DNA from: Planctopirus limnophila DSM 3776
Lineage (GTDB): Bacteria; Planctomycetota; Planctomycetia; Planctomycetales; Planctomycetaceae
NCBI RefSeq assembly: GCF_000092105.1
Contig: NC_014148.1
Coordinates: 1,350,001 to 1,382,000, forward strand
Direction of reading: 5' to 3'
Length of the DNA: 32,000 nucleotides
The notes under the pieces are model-generated. The model did not search any database. It was not told the DNA's origin and saw nothing but the letters and a program-made list of their open reading frames with translations. Shown in pieces: positions 1 through 9,084 of this stretch. Position 1 is the first letter of the stretch. Each line of letters starts with the position of its first letter. The position numbers and the translations under genes are program-made.

Positions 1-104
1 ACGACTTCACCGAAAGTCGCAGCCCATGTGTCGAAATTATCGATACCGCGCGAGCGAAGTCCGGCGGGATCGAAATGCCGCTGCACGGTGTACATCTCGA
101 CCAT
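1..104 (-). CDS. Partial hypothetical protein (N-terminal 34 codons, runs off the window edge)
   Basis: ATG at 104..102 on the minus strand opens a frame that stays open to position 1: MVEMYTVQRHFDPAGLRSRGIDNFDTWAATFGEV. The composition looks protein-like. No family was recognised. It is too short to appear in the ORF track. Confidence 0.25.
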   Translation of the reverse strand, partial: MVEMYTVQRHFDPAGLRSRGIDNFDTWAATFGEV

Positions 105-268
105 CGAATTACTGATCGGCGTCCTTCGGTTCCGTAGGCCGTTGGTCGAATCCTTGTGGGTGGGTATCTAACTTTGCTTTTCTCAGAGATTTAGGTCTTT
201 TTCGGCAAGGTGCCGAACCAATCCACAGATCACAAGGTGTACTGTGTTTTACATCGTTTTCAATCAAG

Positions 269-290
269 TTCTCTGACACTTCTCTGACAC
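269..290. repeat. Perfect tandem direct repeat, 2 x 11 bp (ttctctgacac ttctctgacac)
   Basis: Read directly from the sequence: 269-279 is identical to 280-290. It lies 14 bp left of 66-bp repeat copy A. Confidence 0.9.
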
Positions 291-303
291 GCACCTAAAG
301 AGG

Positions 304-369
304 TTCGCCAATAGTGGGCACCACTGGTGATATGCCCCAGGTGGCTCTGCCGCCGCTTAACTGTTGGCG
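304..369. repeat. 66-bp structured repeat, copy A (left flank of the Hachiman+SPARSA cassette)
   Basis: It aligns without gaps to 8283-8348 at 57 of 66 positions, in the same orientation. The ends form an invariant 6-bp stem, cgccaa (306-311) with ttggcg (364-369). An internal helix pairs gggca with tgccc. Confidence 0.85.
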
Positions 370-444
370 AATTGAACCGTAGGCTATTTGGACTTCTTGC
401 GTTAATCTCATCAAATCAACCGATCGATTGGAAGTTCTCACCTC

Positions 445-3400
445 TCAAAGGGAGTCGAGCACTGACGTAAAATAGCTCGGAAAGGCCTGTAAAACCGACC
501 GGGCAGTTTCCTTCTTGTTGAGCAATCGTCGTTTCACCTTTTTACGTTCACTCGCACCAATCAAGCTTGCTGCCAACTCCTGCGCAAGCACGCGATCAGC
601 AAATCCCAATTCGTAAATGGTGATCGATAGAGACGAGGGAAGTCCGTACTTGAGTTCCTTTTGGAGCTGGCGTAGCAACTCGATCGTGTCGGTCGCAGTC
701 GATTCTTGGATTGTCAGGACTTCAGCCACAGCTCCCACAATCAGCATTCCATCAAATCCGAAACCGCTCTCGCATAAGTCGACAATGTGTTCGATTGTCG
801 GATGTAGATTTCTGGCACTGAACCGGCATCCGGCTCCCGATATGTCTGCAAAAATTGATTCGAAGGGCTTTCCCTCTATCCAACTCTGGGCGGCCTGACT
901 CACCGATGACGGAATTGAGCAACCGACGAATGATTTATTCCTGACAAAATCAGTAAACAGCGGCCAGATGTCACGCAATAAGGAAGCTGTATCGGAACGG
1001 CTTAACAGCTCACTCAGATTGTCTGTGACCCATTTCTGAATTGTGAGGTTATCAGCCAATCCAAAAAGGCTCCGCGAAAATATTCGACGTGTTGCCAAGT
1101 CTGGAATATTCGTCGCTACGTTCTCAGCCAACTTCTCAAATAATTCGACCAGCTTGATGCGCTCATCCTCTTCGGCAATGTGATATGCAAGGGTGGACGC
1201 GGCGAGCGACTCAATCGAAGCGCTCAACTCGTCACTGTTTTCTTCCCAATTAGCAAGAAGAAAACTTTCAATCGCTGACATGATGTCAGATTTCGCTTCC
1301 AGTTGATTTTCGAGATCCGCCTCGTCGAAGTTATTCTCTCGATACTTCACAGCGAGTCGGTTGGCTACACCGTGCCAGCCCTTCTTACCTTTCTTGTGCG
1401 CTTGCACCATCAGACCGACAGATAAACGGAGACTCATCTCGCGATCTTTTGAGTACACCGGATCAAGAACGGAGAGTAATGCGCTCCGACATTCCTCAGA
1501 CTTTGACGGATCCAAAAGTGCCTTTGTATTTGGCCATCTCCACCGTTCGCTCGCGTCGGTTCGTCCATCATAAATTTTCGGATCGGAGAAAATCACGGTT
1601 CCTTCCGTGTGCATCCCGGAGCGGCCGACACGACCAAGAAGATTGTGAAAATCACGTGTTTTGATCTGCTCGTTACCTTGCCTGGCTCCCGTGATAATCA
1701 GATACCGAATCGGCAAATTGACACCTTGCGCAAGTGTCGATGTGCAGATGACGACTTTTATTAAGCCCTCCTTCATTGCGAATTCGACCGCGAGTCGAAT
1801 TCCATGCGGGGTGTTCCCGTGATGCGTAAATACGCCAAGTCTTGCAGCCTTCGAAGATGCGACCGAGTCTCCCAGATTCCTCTCAATTTGATAGACGAGC
1901 CGCTGAATCTCACCTGCATCTGAATATGTGTCAGGAGATGCCATTGCTAAGCCGCGACTGAACACCTCAACTGCACTTTGAGCAATTGAGCTAGCCGTAG
2001 ATTTTGTGCCAACGAAAATCGCCACTCCGCCGGAGGCAGCTAACTTCATTCCCAAATACAGTCCGATGGAAGTGCTGTCCCGTTCAGGGAACTCTCGAGG
2101 CTTTCGTTCTCGCCGGAACAGATTCAAGGACTGTTTTTCAATAATTCGTGGTACAAAAAATTCGCCAATATCAGGATCATTGGAATCTGTGAATTCGAGC
2201 CGCCCGAGTCGATCTTTCCAACTTGCGAATGCTAGGGAACGCGTCATTGGAAGAAGTCCGTTGCCTGAGACGACGGCGCCTCCAGATCCAAGAAGCCAGT
2301 CTGCGATTGCTTGTGCATTGTTTAAGACTGCGGAGACTAGCACCGTCTGTGTCGTTTCCGCGACTGCGGATTTCAACGACGTTAAAAGCAACTCGTAAGT
2401 CACTCCACGTCTGCCGCTGTCAAATTGGTGGCCCTCATCGTAGAGCAACAATCCCAATTCCTCCGCAATTTCCGGGCTGTGCCTCAGCAGGTACAGGCAC
2501 TTCTCCGGAGTCATCACCAGCACTTGCTTCGCTGATAAGATATCAGAGACATCGAAGTCATCTTGTGAAACATCTGAGAGCGCATCTACGTTAATCGCTT
2601 CGCCACTAAAGCTACGTGCCAGAGCTTGTCGAATCTCCTCGCACAACGCTCTGAAGGGGGCAATAACAATCGCAAGCGAGGTTCGTTCAGCGTAGAACGC
2701 GCCACGAATCACCAAATCGAGCGATCGAGTCTTCCCGGCGCTTGTGGGCATTTGCACAACCGCCGACTTACCCCGATATAGACCATGGTCCCCGAGCAAC
2801 TGCTGCGCTGGCCACACTTCACGGATAAAGGTACTCTTGCGAATTATTGGAGCCCAAAGTGTTTCGCTAACATCGGTGTAGCGGGGAAGCGTTGTCCAGG
2901 TTGACTTGGCTTGCCTTGTTCGGGCGATGGCACCAATCAAATCAGCGAACAAGACTTCACGGGGGCTACCTTCAGCATAGGCTGACGTTCTTAAAGTACG
3001 GATCGCTAGATCCAGCTCTTGAATGCCTTCTCCCGTCGAATTGAAATTTCCCAGAGCATCTGCAAGGTTTCGAATTTCCGCGTACGTTTCGATCGGAAAA
3101 GCGGGAGCGACTTGAAAATCGCCTCTTAAACTCCACGACAGTAGCTGTTCAAGTCCTCTTGCACCCAAATCGGGACATGGTTCAGGGATTCGCGAAGCGA
3201 TGACAGATGAACTTCCTGGAAGTGCTGCGAGATAGTACGTAGCTCCTGCAAGGAGCAACATGTACGCGTCAAGTTGTGAGTCGAGTTTCGATTCCAAATA
3301 GGAATCGAAGAAGCGTGCACAGAACAGTAGGTGCTTTGAGGTTTCAGCAAGTCGCTCTGACGTCTTGTGATTGACTGACGTACCCGCGGCCACATCACCA

Positions 3401-3558
3401 AGCATTCCGATTGTCAGCGAAAAAAGATGGGCTGGGTCTCTCGGAATTCTGATGAAATCTTCGCTCGGCACACCGTATTCGTGCATCTTGGCCCGCGCAC
3501 GCGTTGCTCCAAGCAAACTTTCTGAGGCTTGTTCAGGCTTCATTCGCAGCGAGCTCAT
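445..3558 (-). CDS. hamB: Hachiman HamB, Ski2-like SF2 DExH helicase
   Basis: 1037-aa ORF. Walker A is MPTSAGKTRS, motif II is YDEGHQF, and the helicase-C motifs are TSTLAQGVNLP and GRVGRSG. Its start overlaps the stop of the upstream 273-aa gene by 26 nt. The pairing and sizes fit HamA/HamB. Confidence 0.82.
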   Translation of the reverse strand: MSSLRMKPEQASESLLGATRARAKMHEYGVPSEDFIRIPRDPAHLFSLTIGMLGDVAAGTSVNHKTSERLAETSKHLLFCARFFDSYLESKLDSQLDAYMLLLAGATYYLAALPGSSSVIASRIPEPCPDLGARGLEQLLSWSLRGDFQVAPAFPIETYAEIRNLADALGNFNSTGEGIQELDLAIRTLRTSAYAEGSPREVLFADLIGAIARTRQAKSTWTTLPRYTDVSETLWAPIIRKSTFIREVWPAQQLLGDHGLYRGKSAVVQMPTSAGKTRSLDLVIRGAFYAERTSLAIVIAPFRALCEEIRQALARSFSGEAINVDALSDVSQDDFDVSDILSAKQVLVMTPEKCLYLLRHSPEIAEELGLLLYDEGHQFDSGRRGVTYELLLTSLKSAVAETTQTVLVSAVLNNAQAIADWLLGSGGAVVSGNGLLPMTRSLAFASWKDRLGRLEFTDSNDPDIGEFFVPRIIEKQSLNLFRRERKPREFPERDSTSIGLYLGMKLAASGGVAIFVGTKSTASSIAQSAVEVFSRGLAMASPDTYSDAGEIQRLVYQIERNLGDSVASSKAARLGVFTHHGNTPHGIRLAVEFAMKEGLIKVVICTSTLAQGVNLPIRYLIITGARQGNEQIKTRDFHNLLGRVGRSGMHTEGTVIFSDPKIYDGRTDASERWRWPNTKALLDPSKSEECRSALLSVLDPVYSKDREMSLRLSVGLMVQAHKKGKKGWHGVANRLAVKYRENNFDEADLENQLEAKSDIMSAIESFLLANWEENSDELSASIESLAASTLAYHIAEEDERIKLVELFEKLAENVATNIPDLATRRIFSRSLFGLADNLTIQKWVTDNLSELLSRSDTASLLRDIWPLFTDFVRNKSFVGCSIPSSVSQAAQSWIEGKPFESIFADISGAGCRFSARNLHPTIEHIVDLCESGFGFDGMLIVGAVAEVLTIQESTATDTIELLRQLQKELKYGLPSSLSITIYELGFADRVLAQELAASLIGASERKKVKRRLLNKKETARSVLQAFPSYFTSVLDSL

Positions 3559-4354
3559 ATAAGGTATGTACCAACGCCATTAGATCATCGCCCTTAATCA
3601 CCATAAGCGATAATCCAGAGGATTTCGGGTGCTTTGAAGCATCTGTCTTGGAGAGAGTTGTTTGGCAATACGCCGTGCTCGTGAAGATCGCGACCGCGCC
3701 GTACGTTTCCTTGTATGGATGATCGGCGAAGTTCTGAAACCGCTCGATCGTCGCGATCTCATTCACAGCATTTGCATCCAGATAACGTTGCTTGATCGCA
3801 TTCAAGGACTCGGCTTTGCGAATCTCATCTTTGATTGAATCGTCAACTGCATCCTGAAGCCGGGGGGGCTTTCTTGCCCCTGAAAGTGCTCCTTTGGCTT
3901 CAAAAATAGCAAGCTCATCGTTTTTGGAATGCTTACCCGACTTCAGGATTTTGAATCCGAGTATGTCTCCGCCCTTTGTTGATTCATTTTTAATCGTTTT
4001 CGATGAATACCGAGTGCGCGGTACGAAGTAATTCAAGTTGTATTGCAGGAAATCTGCCACAAGGATTTCGCAGAAATCTCCTGATCGGATACTGGGGCCA
4101 GGAGCGATCGTTTTGCTCGGAAACTTCATCGTGAGTAGATACTGGCTTCTCGTGTGCCCAGTCCCCTTGCGAAGGGCATCGATCTGCGTATCGAGGCAGT
4201 AGTGGTTGCGAAAATGCTTTGCCCAAGACGACATCAGCGCTTTATCCGTCTGGTCGTACTGAAACGCCCAGACATGAATCGGCTTCCCATCCGCTGTCTT
4301 CTGCGGCGGCGAGAGTTGGACTAACCATCCAAGGTGCTGATTTGACCACGGCAT
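3533..4354 (-). CDS. hamA: Hachiman HamA (DUF1837-like, PD-(D/E)xK-type nuclease fold)
   Basis: 273 aa, immediately upstream of and overlapping the helicase gene. It carries a D...ExK-like signature, GGDILGF followed by IFEAKG. Size and position are typical of HamA. Confidence 0.75.
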   Translation of the reverse strand: MPWSNQHLGWLVQLSPPQKTADGKPIHVWAFQYDQTDKALMSSWAKHFRNHYCLDTQIDALRKGTGHTRSQYLLTMKFPSKTIAPGPSIRSGDFCEILVADFLQYNLNYFVPRTRYSSKTIKNESTKGGDILGFKILKSGKHSKNDELAIFEAKGALSGARKPPRLQDAVDDSIKDEIRKAESLNAIKQRYLDANAVNEIATIERFQNFADHPYKETYGAVAIFTSTAYCQTTLSKTDASKHPKSSGLSLMVIKGDDLMALVHTLYELAANEA

Positions 4355-4705
4355 TCCTAAGCGTCACTCCAGAAGTAGCCTCATTGAGCGGTTTGCAAAG
4401 CTGGCCATCGTCGACGAGCACGAAGGACTTCGTCTCGAATGAGCAACTTGCACTCGCCTTGCGCAGTGTTTGAACAACGGGATGAAAGGACTGTATCACA
4501 ACTTTTCGAAAGAGTGCATCCCCGGTGATTGTCCCGAGAGACCTAAATGCCTGAAAAAAGCGAGATCGACGGCACATTTTGATGTCACCAGAGGATCACT
4601 CGACTGTGATGCGAATCTCGGCTGCGGTCCGAATTCTGATGGGCACCAATTCCGGAAACTGACTGCGAATTGCGGCGTACAAATCGCCATCAGACTCGGG
4701 AGCAT

Positions 4706-6127
4706 TTACATGAAGAAGCGGAATTGATATGGCGCACTTCCCAGTCCACGCATCCGTTTCACGACGCGCGCCAAGACCTTTGAATATCCGAGGGTGACAG
4801 GCAGCGGATCGTAAAGGGCGTCGTTATTCCAATCCATTTTTGATAGAGCAAGGACGGCTCTCGCCGCGTCGTCCCACGTTCCATGTCCAGCATGTCGCAC
4901 CAGACGAAGCGGAACTGGAGTGCTACGAGAGCCCTGAAAATACGCTCCACGGTCGCTGATTCCTCGCACATCTCCATGCGTCCAGAGCAAACATTCGCGT
5001 GGGCTAAGTCCAACCAACGTGCCCCGTGCAACCGGATAACCTGCTGCTGCCCCTCTTGTCGCACCGCCCTGAGGGTCGATTCGGACACCGCGCCATCCGA
5101 CGCTCTCAACAATTTGAACAAGGTCAACCGCTTCACAAAGGTGCAGAGCTTCCATGCACCCATCGACTTCCTCACGTTTGAATTCAGTGGTTTTATGGAC
5201 CATGACCCGACGTGGAGTGCGCCCAGCATGCCGTCGTCTGTAAAGGTCCATTGAACGCGTCATAACTCGAAACATCTCCGTCCTGGAAAGGAATGGATTA
5301 TCTCGTTGAAGGTCGAATTCATGAGCATCGTATGCGACGAACTCCAGTCCCGAACCCTCAGCATCGAATACCTGACTACAACAGGTGACGAACCGGGGCC
5401 GATCCGATTCCACTGGGCGCTGGGCATACGAAATCCCAATATAGGCAGTCTCCGGATCAACGTCTGCCAGTTTCCATGGCACGCCACCCGCTTTGGCGTA
5501 TAGAGCTAATCCGACCCGCCACATCACGCTGGCCCGACACGGATACGAGAGCGCTTTGTCTTCGCGAACAATCTGAATGGGCAATCTTCGAGCGGCGGTA
5601 GCAGCCTTCAGGTGGTCGTGAAGATCGAAATCGTCGCCAGCCTTCCCTACAAATCCGGCTTCCCACCGCTGCGGAAGATAAATGAAAAGCACATCGAAAT
5701 CGGGACGCCGAGTTTCGAGCGCTTGAACCGCCCGTACAAGACGGTCGGCCAAAACAATCTGCGGAGTTGAAGAATCTTGGAATTCACCCTCTACACTTGA
5801 ATCGAGTTCAACATGACAAGCTCCGCCCGCTCCTTTCATATGAAGACCAAAGACTCTGTGAAACCCCGGCCACTCTGGCAGGTACTCTCTGCGTTCAATT
5901 GGCTGATGCGAGGAATTGAGTTGCTTCATGAAATCGTAAAGTCGCCCGGACTCACCATGCGGTGCGATTGTGGCAACGCGAATCGGATCAGGTACCAACC
6001 CTTTAGAATGAGGTCCGAATCGAAGTAGGCCACGAAGGGGATGCGTTTCTCTATCTGATGCACGATCAGGATGAAACGCTAGAAGAGGCTCCGGAAACGC
6101 GATATGGGATTGAATTCTGCTGCTCAT
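4706..6127 (-). CDS. Short prokaryotic Argonaute (MID-PIWI only), SPARSA partner
   Basis: 473 aa, which is too short to include N and PAZ domains. PIWI-like blocks are [21 protein letters not shown] and LLWTHGDV. The YIGISYAQ block has Ser where active pAgos carry the first catalytic Asp; this is my inference. Its start overlaps the stop of the SIR2 gene by 4 nt. Confidence 0.8.
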   Translation of the reverse strand: MSSRIQSHIAFPEPLLAFHPDRASDRETHPLRGLLRFGPHSKGLVPDPIRVATIAPHGESGRLYDFMKQLNSSHQPIERREYLPEWPGFHRVFGLHMKGAGGACHVELDSSVEGEFQDSSTPQIVLADRLVRAVQALETRRPDFDVLFIYLPQRWEAGFVGKAGDDFDLHDHLKAATAARRLPIQIVREDKALSYPCRASVMWRVGLALYAKAGGVPWKLADVDPETAYIGISYAQRPVESDRPRFVTCCSQVFDAEGSGLEFVAYDAHEFDLQRDNPFLSRTEMFRVMTRSMDLYRRRHAGRTPRRVMVHKTTEFKREEVDGCMEALHLCEAVDLVQIVESVGWRGVRIDPQGGATRGAAAGYPVARGTLVGLSPRECLLWTHGDVRGISDRGAYFQGSRSTPVPLRLVRHAGHGTWDDAARAVLALSKMDWNNDALYDPLPVTLGYSKVLARVVKRMRGLGSAPYQFRFFM

Positions 6128-7860
6128 GGAGAAAGCCTTCGAGAGTACGCTGTTTCCGAACCAATTGAGAACGTTGCGTCAACGCCATTGCCAATTCCCA
6201 GCGCTCGAATCTCAATACCATCACCTTCGAGGTACTTGGCCCAGAATTCAATCACATCATTCAATTGCCTGTTGTAGCGTTTCACTGTTCTTTCGCGTGC
6301 AAAGTCAGTAGCAGCGGCTCGATTGGCTTCTGTCATTCCTACGAACACCACTCGCGGCTCGATGAGTACCCATAGCCGCTCTTCCGCCCAGTCTAAACGA
6401 ACTCCAATTCCTTCTCTCCAGGTTAATTCTGAATCCCTTGGGACCGACCCGCTTATAGAACCAGTTAACGCTTTAAGCCGTGCCCAGCGAGGATCGCTGG
6501 GGTTCTGAGGCGCGAGCAAGTCTGCCCGACGATGTCGAAAAGCATCGAGTCCCCGCTCTCGAACTAGTGCCGTAGTAAGCGCCGCTCGAAGCAAGCCACG
6601 CTCACCCGAATCATACCGCAATCTCGCTTTTTCGATTGTGTGTAAATCGAATTCTGAAATCGCATGATTAGAAAATGCCTGACGAATCTCTGAATCCTGA
6701 CCGAACGCCAATACGCCAGAACTCACACGTCCAACCAATACATTAACACCAACTTGCTTAACTGCGTCCGCAACTTCGGCATGTCCGCCAATTTCACATA
6801 CAACGCGTCGACAAACGGTAGGCGTTTGAATTGGAAGTGCATTAAACCTTACCACTGGCCATCCCATCCTGCCGGTGGGAGGCGGTGCACCACTCCAGTG
6901 ACGTCGCTCTGAGCTGAAAGCATCGAGCACTTTTGTGTCGATTCCTTCTAGAAGACGCGTCACATCCCGAAGTGTTTCGTCAAAATTCTCAATCGGAATC
7001 AAGGCCACTTCGATATTCGATGCCATTGCATGGCGGAGTAATTGTTCTACGCGGGGCAATGGGCGACCGTCTCCGCGTTGCAACCAGAACAATCCAGCAG
7101 GAAAAGCCCCACTGGTCACGGCTTCCTCCAGGGCGTCCATGATTGAATCGTCGCGTCCGCTGTAGCCAGCGACCACAAGACCAAATCGTCGACAACATTC
7201 GACTAGAAGCTGGCGCAAGCGGACATCTTGGTGTCGCAACTCGTCGTCAGTGTTTTTTAATCGCCTTGATCGAAAATCTCCGTGCAATTTGATTTCAATT
7301 GGCCAACGTTGATCTCCAACGAGTTGTGTCGCCACTTCAGGAGCGTCCAACCCCACCGTTGCCAATGCTCCAGTGTTTCCGTAGACCTTGGCACAGGCGT
7401 CGGCAACGAGCGAATCGAAGTTAGTCGTCCACAAAATCCTGGTGAGATCGGATTGCATGAGCGTCGCGATCGCTAGGTGCCCGACCGATGGCTTTGCTCC
7501 GTTCAACTTTGAATCTAAGTATGCTCGTCGATCAGTTTCTGCTGGATAAACAGATTCGAACAAGCTCGCGTATTCTTCTGGTGAGCCAGCGGAAGCCAAT
7601 TGACCGGATGAATCAATGTGAGCCTGAAGCTGGGCACGCACTACTGAATTGGAGAGGTCGGCCACTGTTTGCGGAGAAACTCGCCTCTGACTCACAAAAA
7701 GCCGCTGCTTGAATTCCCAAATCATATCCGAAGCGGTTGGAATTCCCGCCGAAGCTGAAGCCCCGGCACCCAGCATCCACATCAGATTTTTGGCTCGCAA
7801 CGCGAAACGCCGAGCGAAGTCGTCCAAACCGAGTTGCGGAACATCACTGGATGCATCCAT
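6124..7860 (-). CDS. SIR2-APAZ protein (NADase effector of a SPARSA system)
   Basis: 578 aa. The N-terminal SIR2 signature is [22 protein letters not shown] and KLHGDF. The C-terminal half is of APAZ size. It is translationally coupled (ATGA overlap) to the short pAgo downstream. Confidence 0.82.
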   Translation of the reverse strand: MDASSDVPQLGLDDFARRFALRAKNLMWMLGAGASASAGIPTASDMIWEFKQRLFVSQRRVSPQTVADLSNSVVRAQLQAHIDSSGQLASAGSPEEYASLFESVYPAETDRRAYLDSKLNGAKPSVGHLAIATLMQSDLTRILWTTNFDSLVADACAKVYGNTGALATVGLDAPEVATQLVGDQRWPIEIKLHGDFRSRRLKNTDDELRHQDVRLRQLLVECCRRFGLVVAGYSGRDDSIMDALEEAVTSGAFPAGLFWLQRGDGRPLPRVEQLLRHAMASNIEVALIPIENFDETLRDVTRLLEGIDTKVLDAFSSERRHWSGAPPPTGRMGWPVVRFNALPIQTPTVCRRVVCEIGGHAEVADAVKQVGVNVLVGRVSSGVLAFGQDSEIRQAFSNHAISEFDLHTIEKARLRYDSGERGLLRAALTTALVRERGLDAFRHRRADLLAPQNPSDPRWARLKALTGSISGSVPRDSELTWREGIGVRLDWAEERLWVLIEPRVVFVGMTEANRAAATDFARERTVKRYNRQLNDVIEFWAKYLEGDGIEIRALGIGNGVDATFSIGSETAYSRRLSP

Positions 7861-8121
7861 ACATTCACTTTTTTCAATCGGTCACGGGAAGTATCCGAAA
7901 TTCGAATTCTGCCAAAAACGTGTCAATCGCCCTACTGGATGAGCAGTCCAGAATAACACACGACAATTCGACTTGGAATAAGCCGAGGGAAGCTGCAATT
8001 GTCCCGTTAAACGTCCAACGCAAGCAGGTTCACGTTGACTTTAGGGCATTTGGGGGAAGTGCGGTCGAGATGGTGGCCGGACCGCGCGGCAGAACCGTCA
8101 GAAGAACCTCGGGAAAGACTA

Positions 8122-8154
8122 GGCGGATCTGGGATTGAAATCACCAGATCCGCC
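8122..8154. repeat. Perfect 11-bp inverted repeat (hairpin) upstream of the SIR2-APAZ gene
   Basis: ggcggatctgg (8122-8132) is the exact reverse complement of ccagatccgcc (8144-8154). The 11-nt spacer can add a further 3 bp, gat with atc. It lies 262 bp from the SIR2-APAZ start codon. Confidence 0.85.
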
Positions 8155-8282
8155 CCCACGTCACTTCGACGCTTCGACTCGGTTATTCCTTGGCGAGGTT
8201 GCTTCCCAGCAGAGCCTGCCTCCGCTTCACCGAGTACAACTGAGCCTGCCACAGCCATTTTCTCTACTCAAGAAAACTGGAA

Positions 8283-8348
8283 TTCGCCAATAGTGGGCTC
8301 CACCGGTAAAAAGCCCAAGGAGGCTACGCCGCCGCTTAACTGTTGGCG
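8283..8348. repeat. 66-bp structured repeat, copy B (right flank of the Hachiman+SPARSA cassette)
   Basis: 57 of 66 identity to 304-369, in the same orientation and with the same terminal stem cgccaa/ttggcg. The internal helix becomes gggct/agccc, a compensatory change relative to copy A. Confidence 0.85.
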
Positions 8349-8553
8349 GAATCTCCCCCGTCAAATCAAGGGTTTATTCCGTCTGCAATTTATTCTTCTG
8401 CTTATGTCACGTTTTCCGAACGGTCCGCATAACGGAGATTAGAAGCCCGTTTTCGTTCTCGGTGAAACGATGGAGACGTCCTTTGACCGAGAGAAACGGT
8501 GCTGCGTGAAAGGTAAGGTTTGTCATTCCTCAGATACAGAAATGGGGCACAGC

Positions 8554-8871
8554 ATGGCGAATCAAAAGCCTGTTCACGAAATTCGACTCGGAAAGGTGAA
8601 GGCAGCAATTTAGAGAAATGAGACGGACGCGGGAACACGTTACAGCGTGAGCATCGCTCGGCTCTACAAGGTCGAAGGAGGTAACTGGGAAACCAGCACG
8701 TCCTTCGGTCGCGATGAACTGCCACTCGTCAGCAAAGTTGCAGACATGGTCCACACATGGATCTATCAGCAATCGGAACGAACTGAAGAGCCTAAGGAGC
8801 AGCCTCAAACGTTGCCCTCAAGCTCTGAACCAAAATCCGGACGACGACGAGAAAGGGCCGGTGCACGCTAA
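8554..8871 (+). pseudogene. Small conserved hypothetical gene interrupted by an in-frame TAG
   Basis: ATG 8554 gives MANQKPVHEIRLGKVKAAI, then TAG at 8611-8613. The same frame continues as RNETDAGTRYSVSIARLYKVEGGNWETSTSFGRDELPLVSKVADMVHTWIY. From unverified memory, homologues next to ardC on conjugative elements read AAIW at this point, which would imply TGG to TAG. Confidence 0.5.
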
Positions 8872-9084
8872 TTGCATCGACCGAACAGTGAGAGGTTCTT
8901 TTCTTCGGTTTCACGCACCACCGATCTCTCACCTTCGATTGCCGTTTGGCAATCTCCAAACGGGCAGAAGACCTATGCCCACCGTTTCCATTGGACGGCT
9001 TACGAGCCAGCCAGTGGAGACCGGTGGCGTGCATCCAAAGGTTTTCCATTGTTTTCCCTTCTGCGGCTTTTTCCAGCTTAACGC

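Noticed and set aside
109-294. A 61-aa minus-strand ORF between repeat copy A and the partial edge gene.
   Set aside because: It is short and basic, has low-complexity composition, shows no motif, and overlaps the tandem 11-mer repeat. There is no support beyond being open.
4496-4705. A 69-aa minus-strand ORF starting immediately after the pAgo stop codon, which could be a third SPARSA gene or a Hachiman accessory gene.
   Set aside because: The Cys/Pro/Ser/Phe-rich translation has no motif. An equally long ORF (4470..4727) lies on the opposite strand over the same DNA. Known SPARSA and Hachiman systems are two-gene systems. It is not excluded, but it is unsupported.
411-8369. A shared 9-mer, tcaaatcaa, downstream of both 66-bp repeat copies (411-419 and 8361-8369), which might extend the repeat.
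   Set aside because: The distances from the repeat ends differ (42 nt against 13 nt) and the intervening sequence does not align. I treat it as coincidence unless more copies show it.
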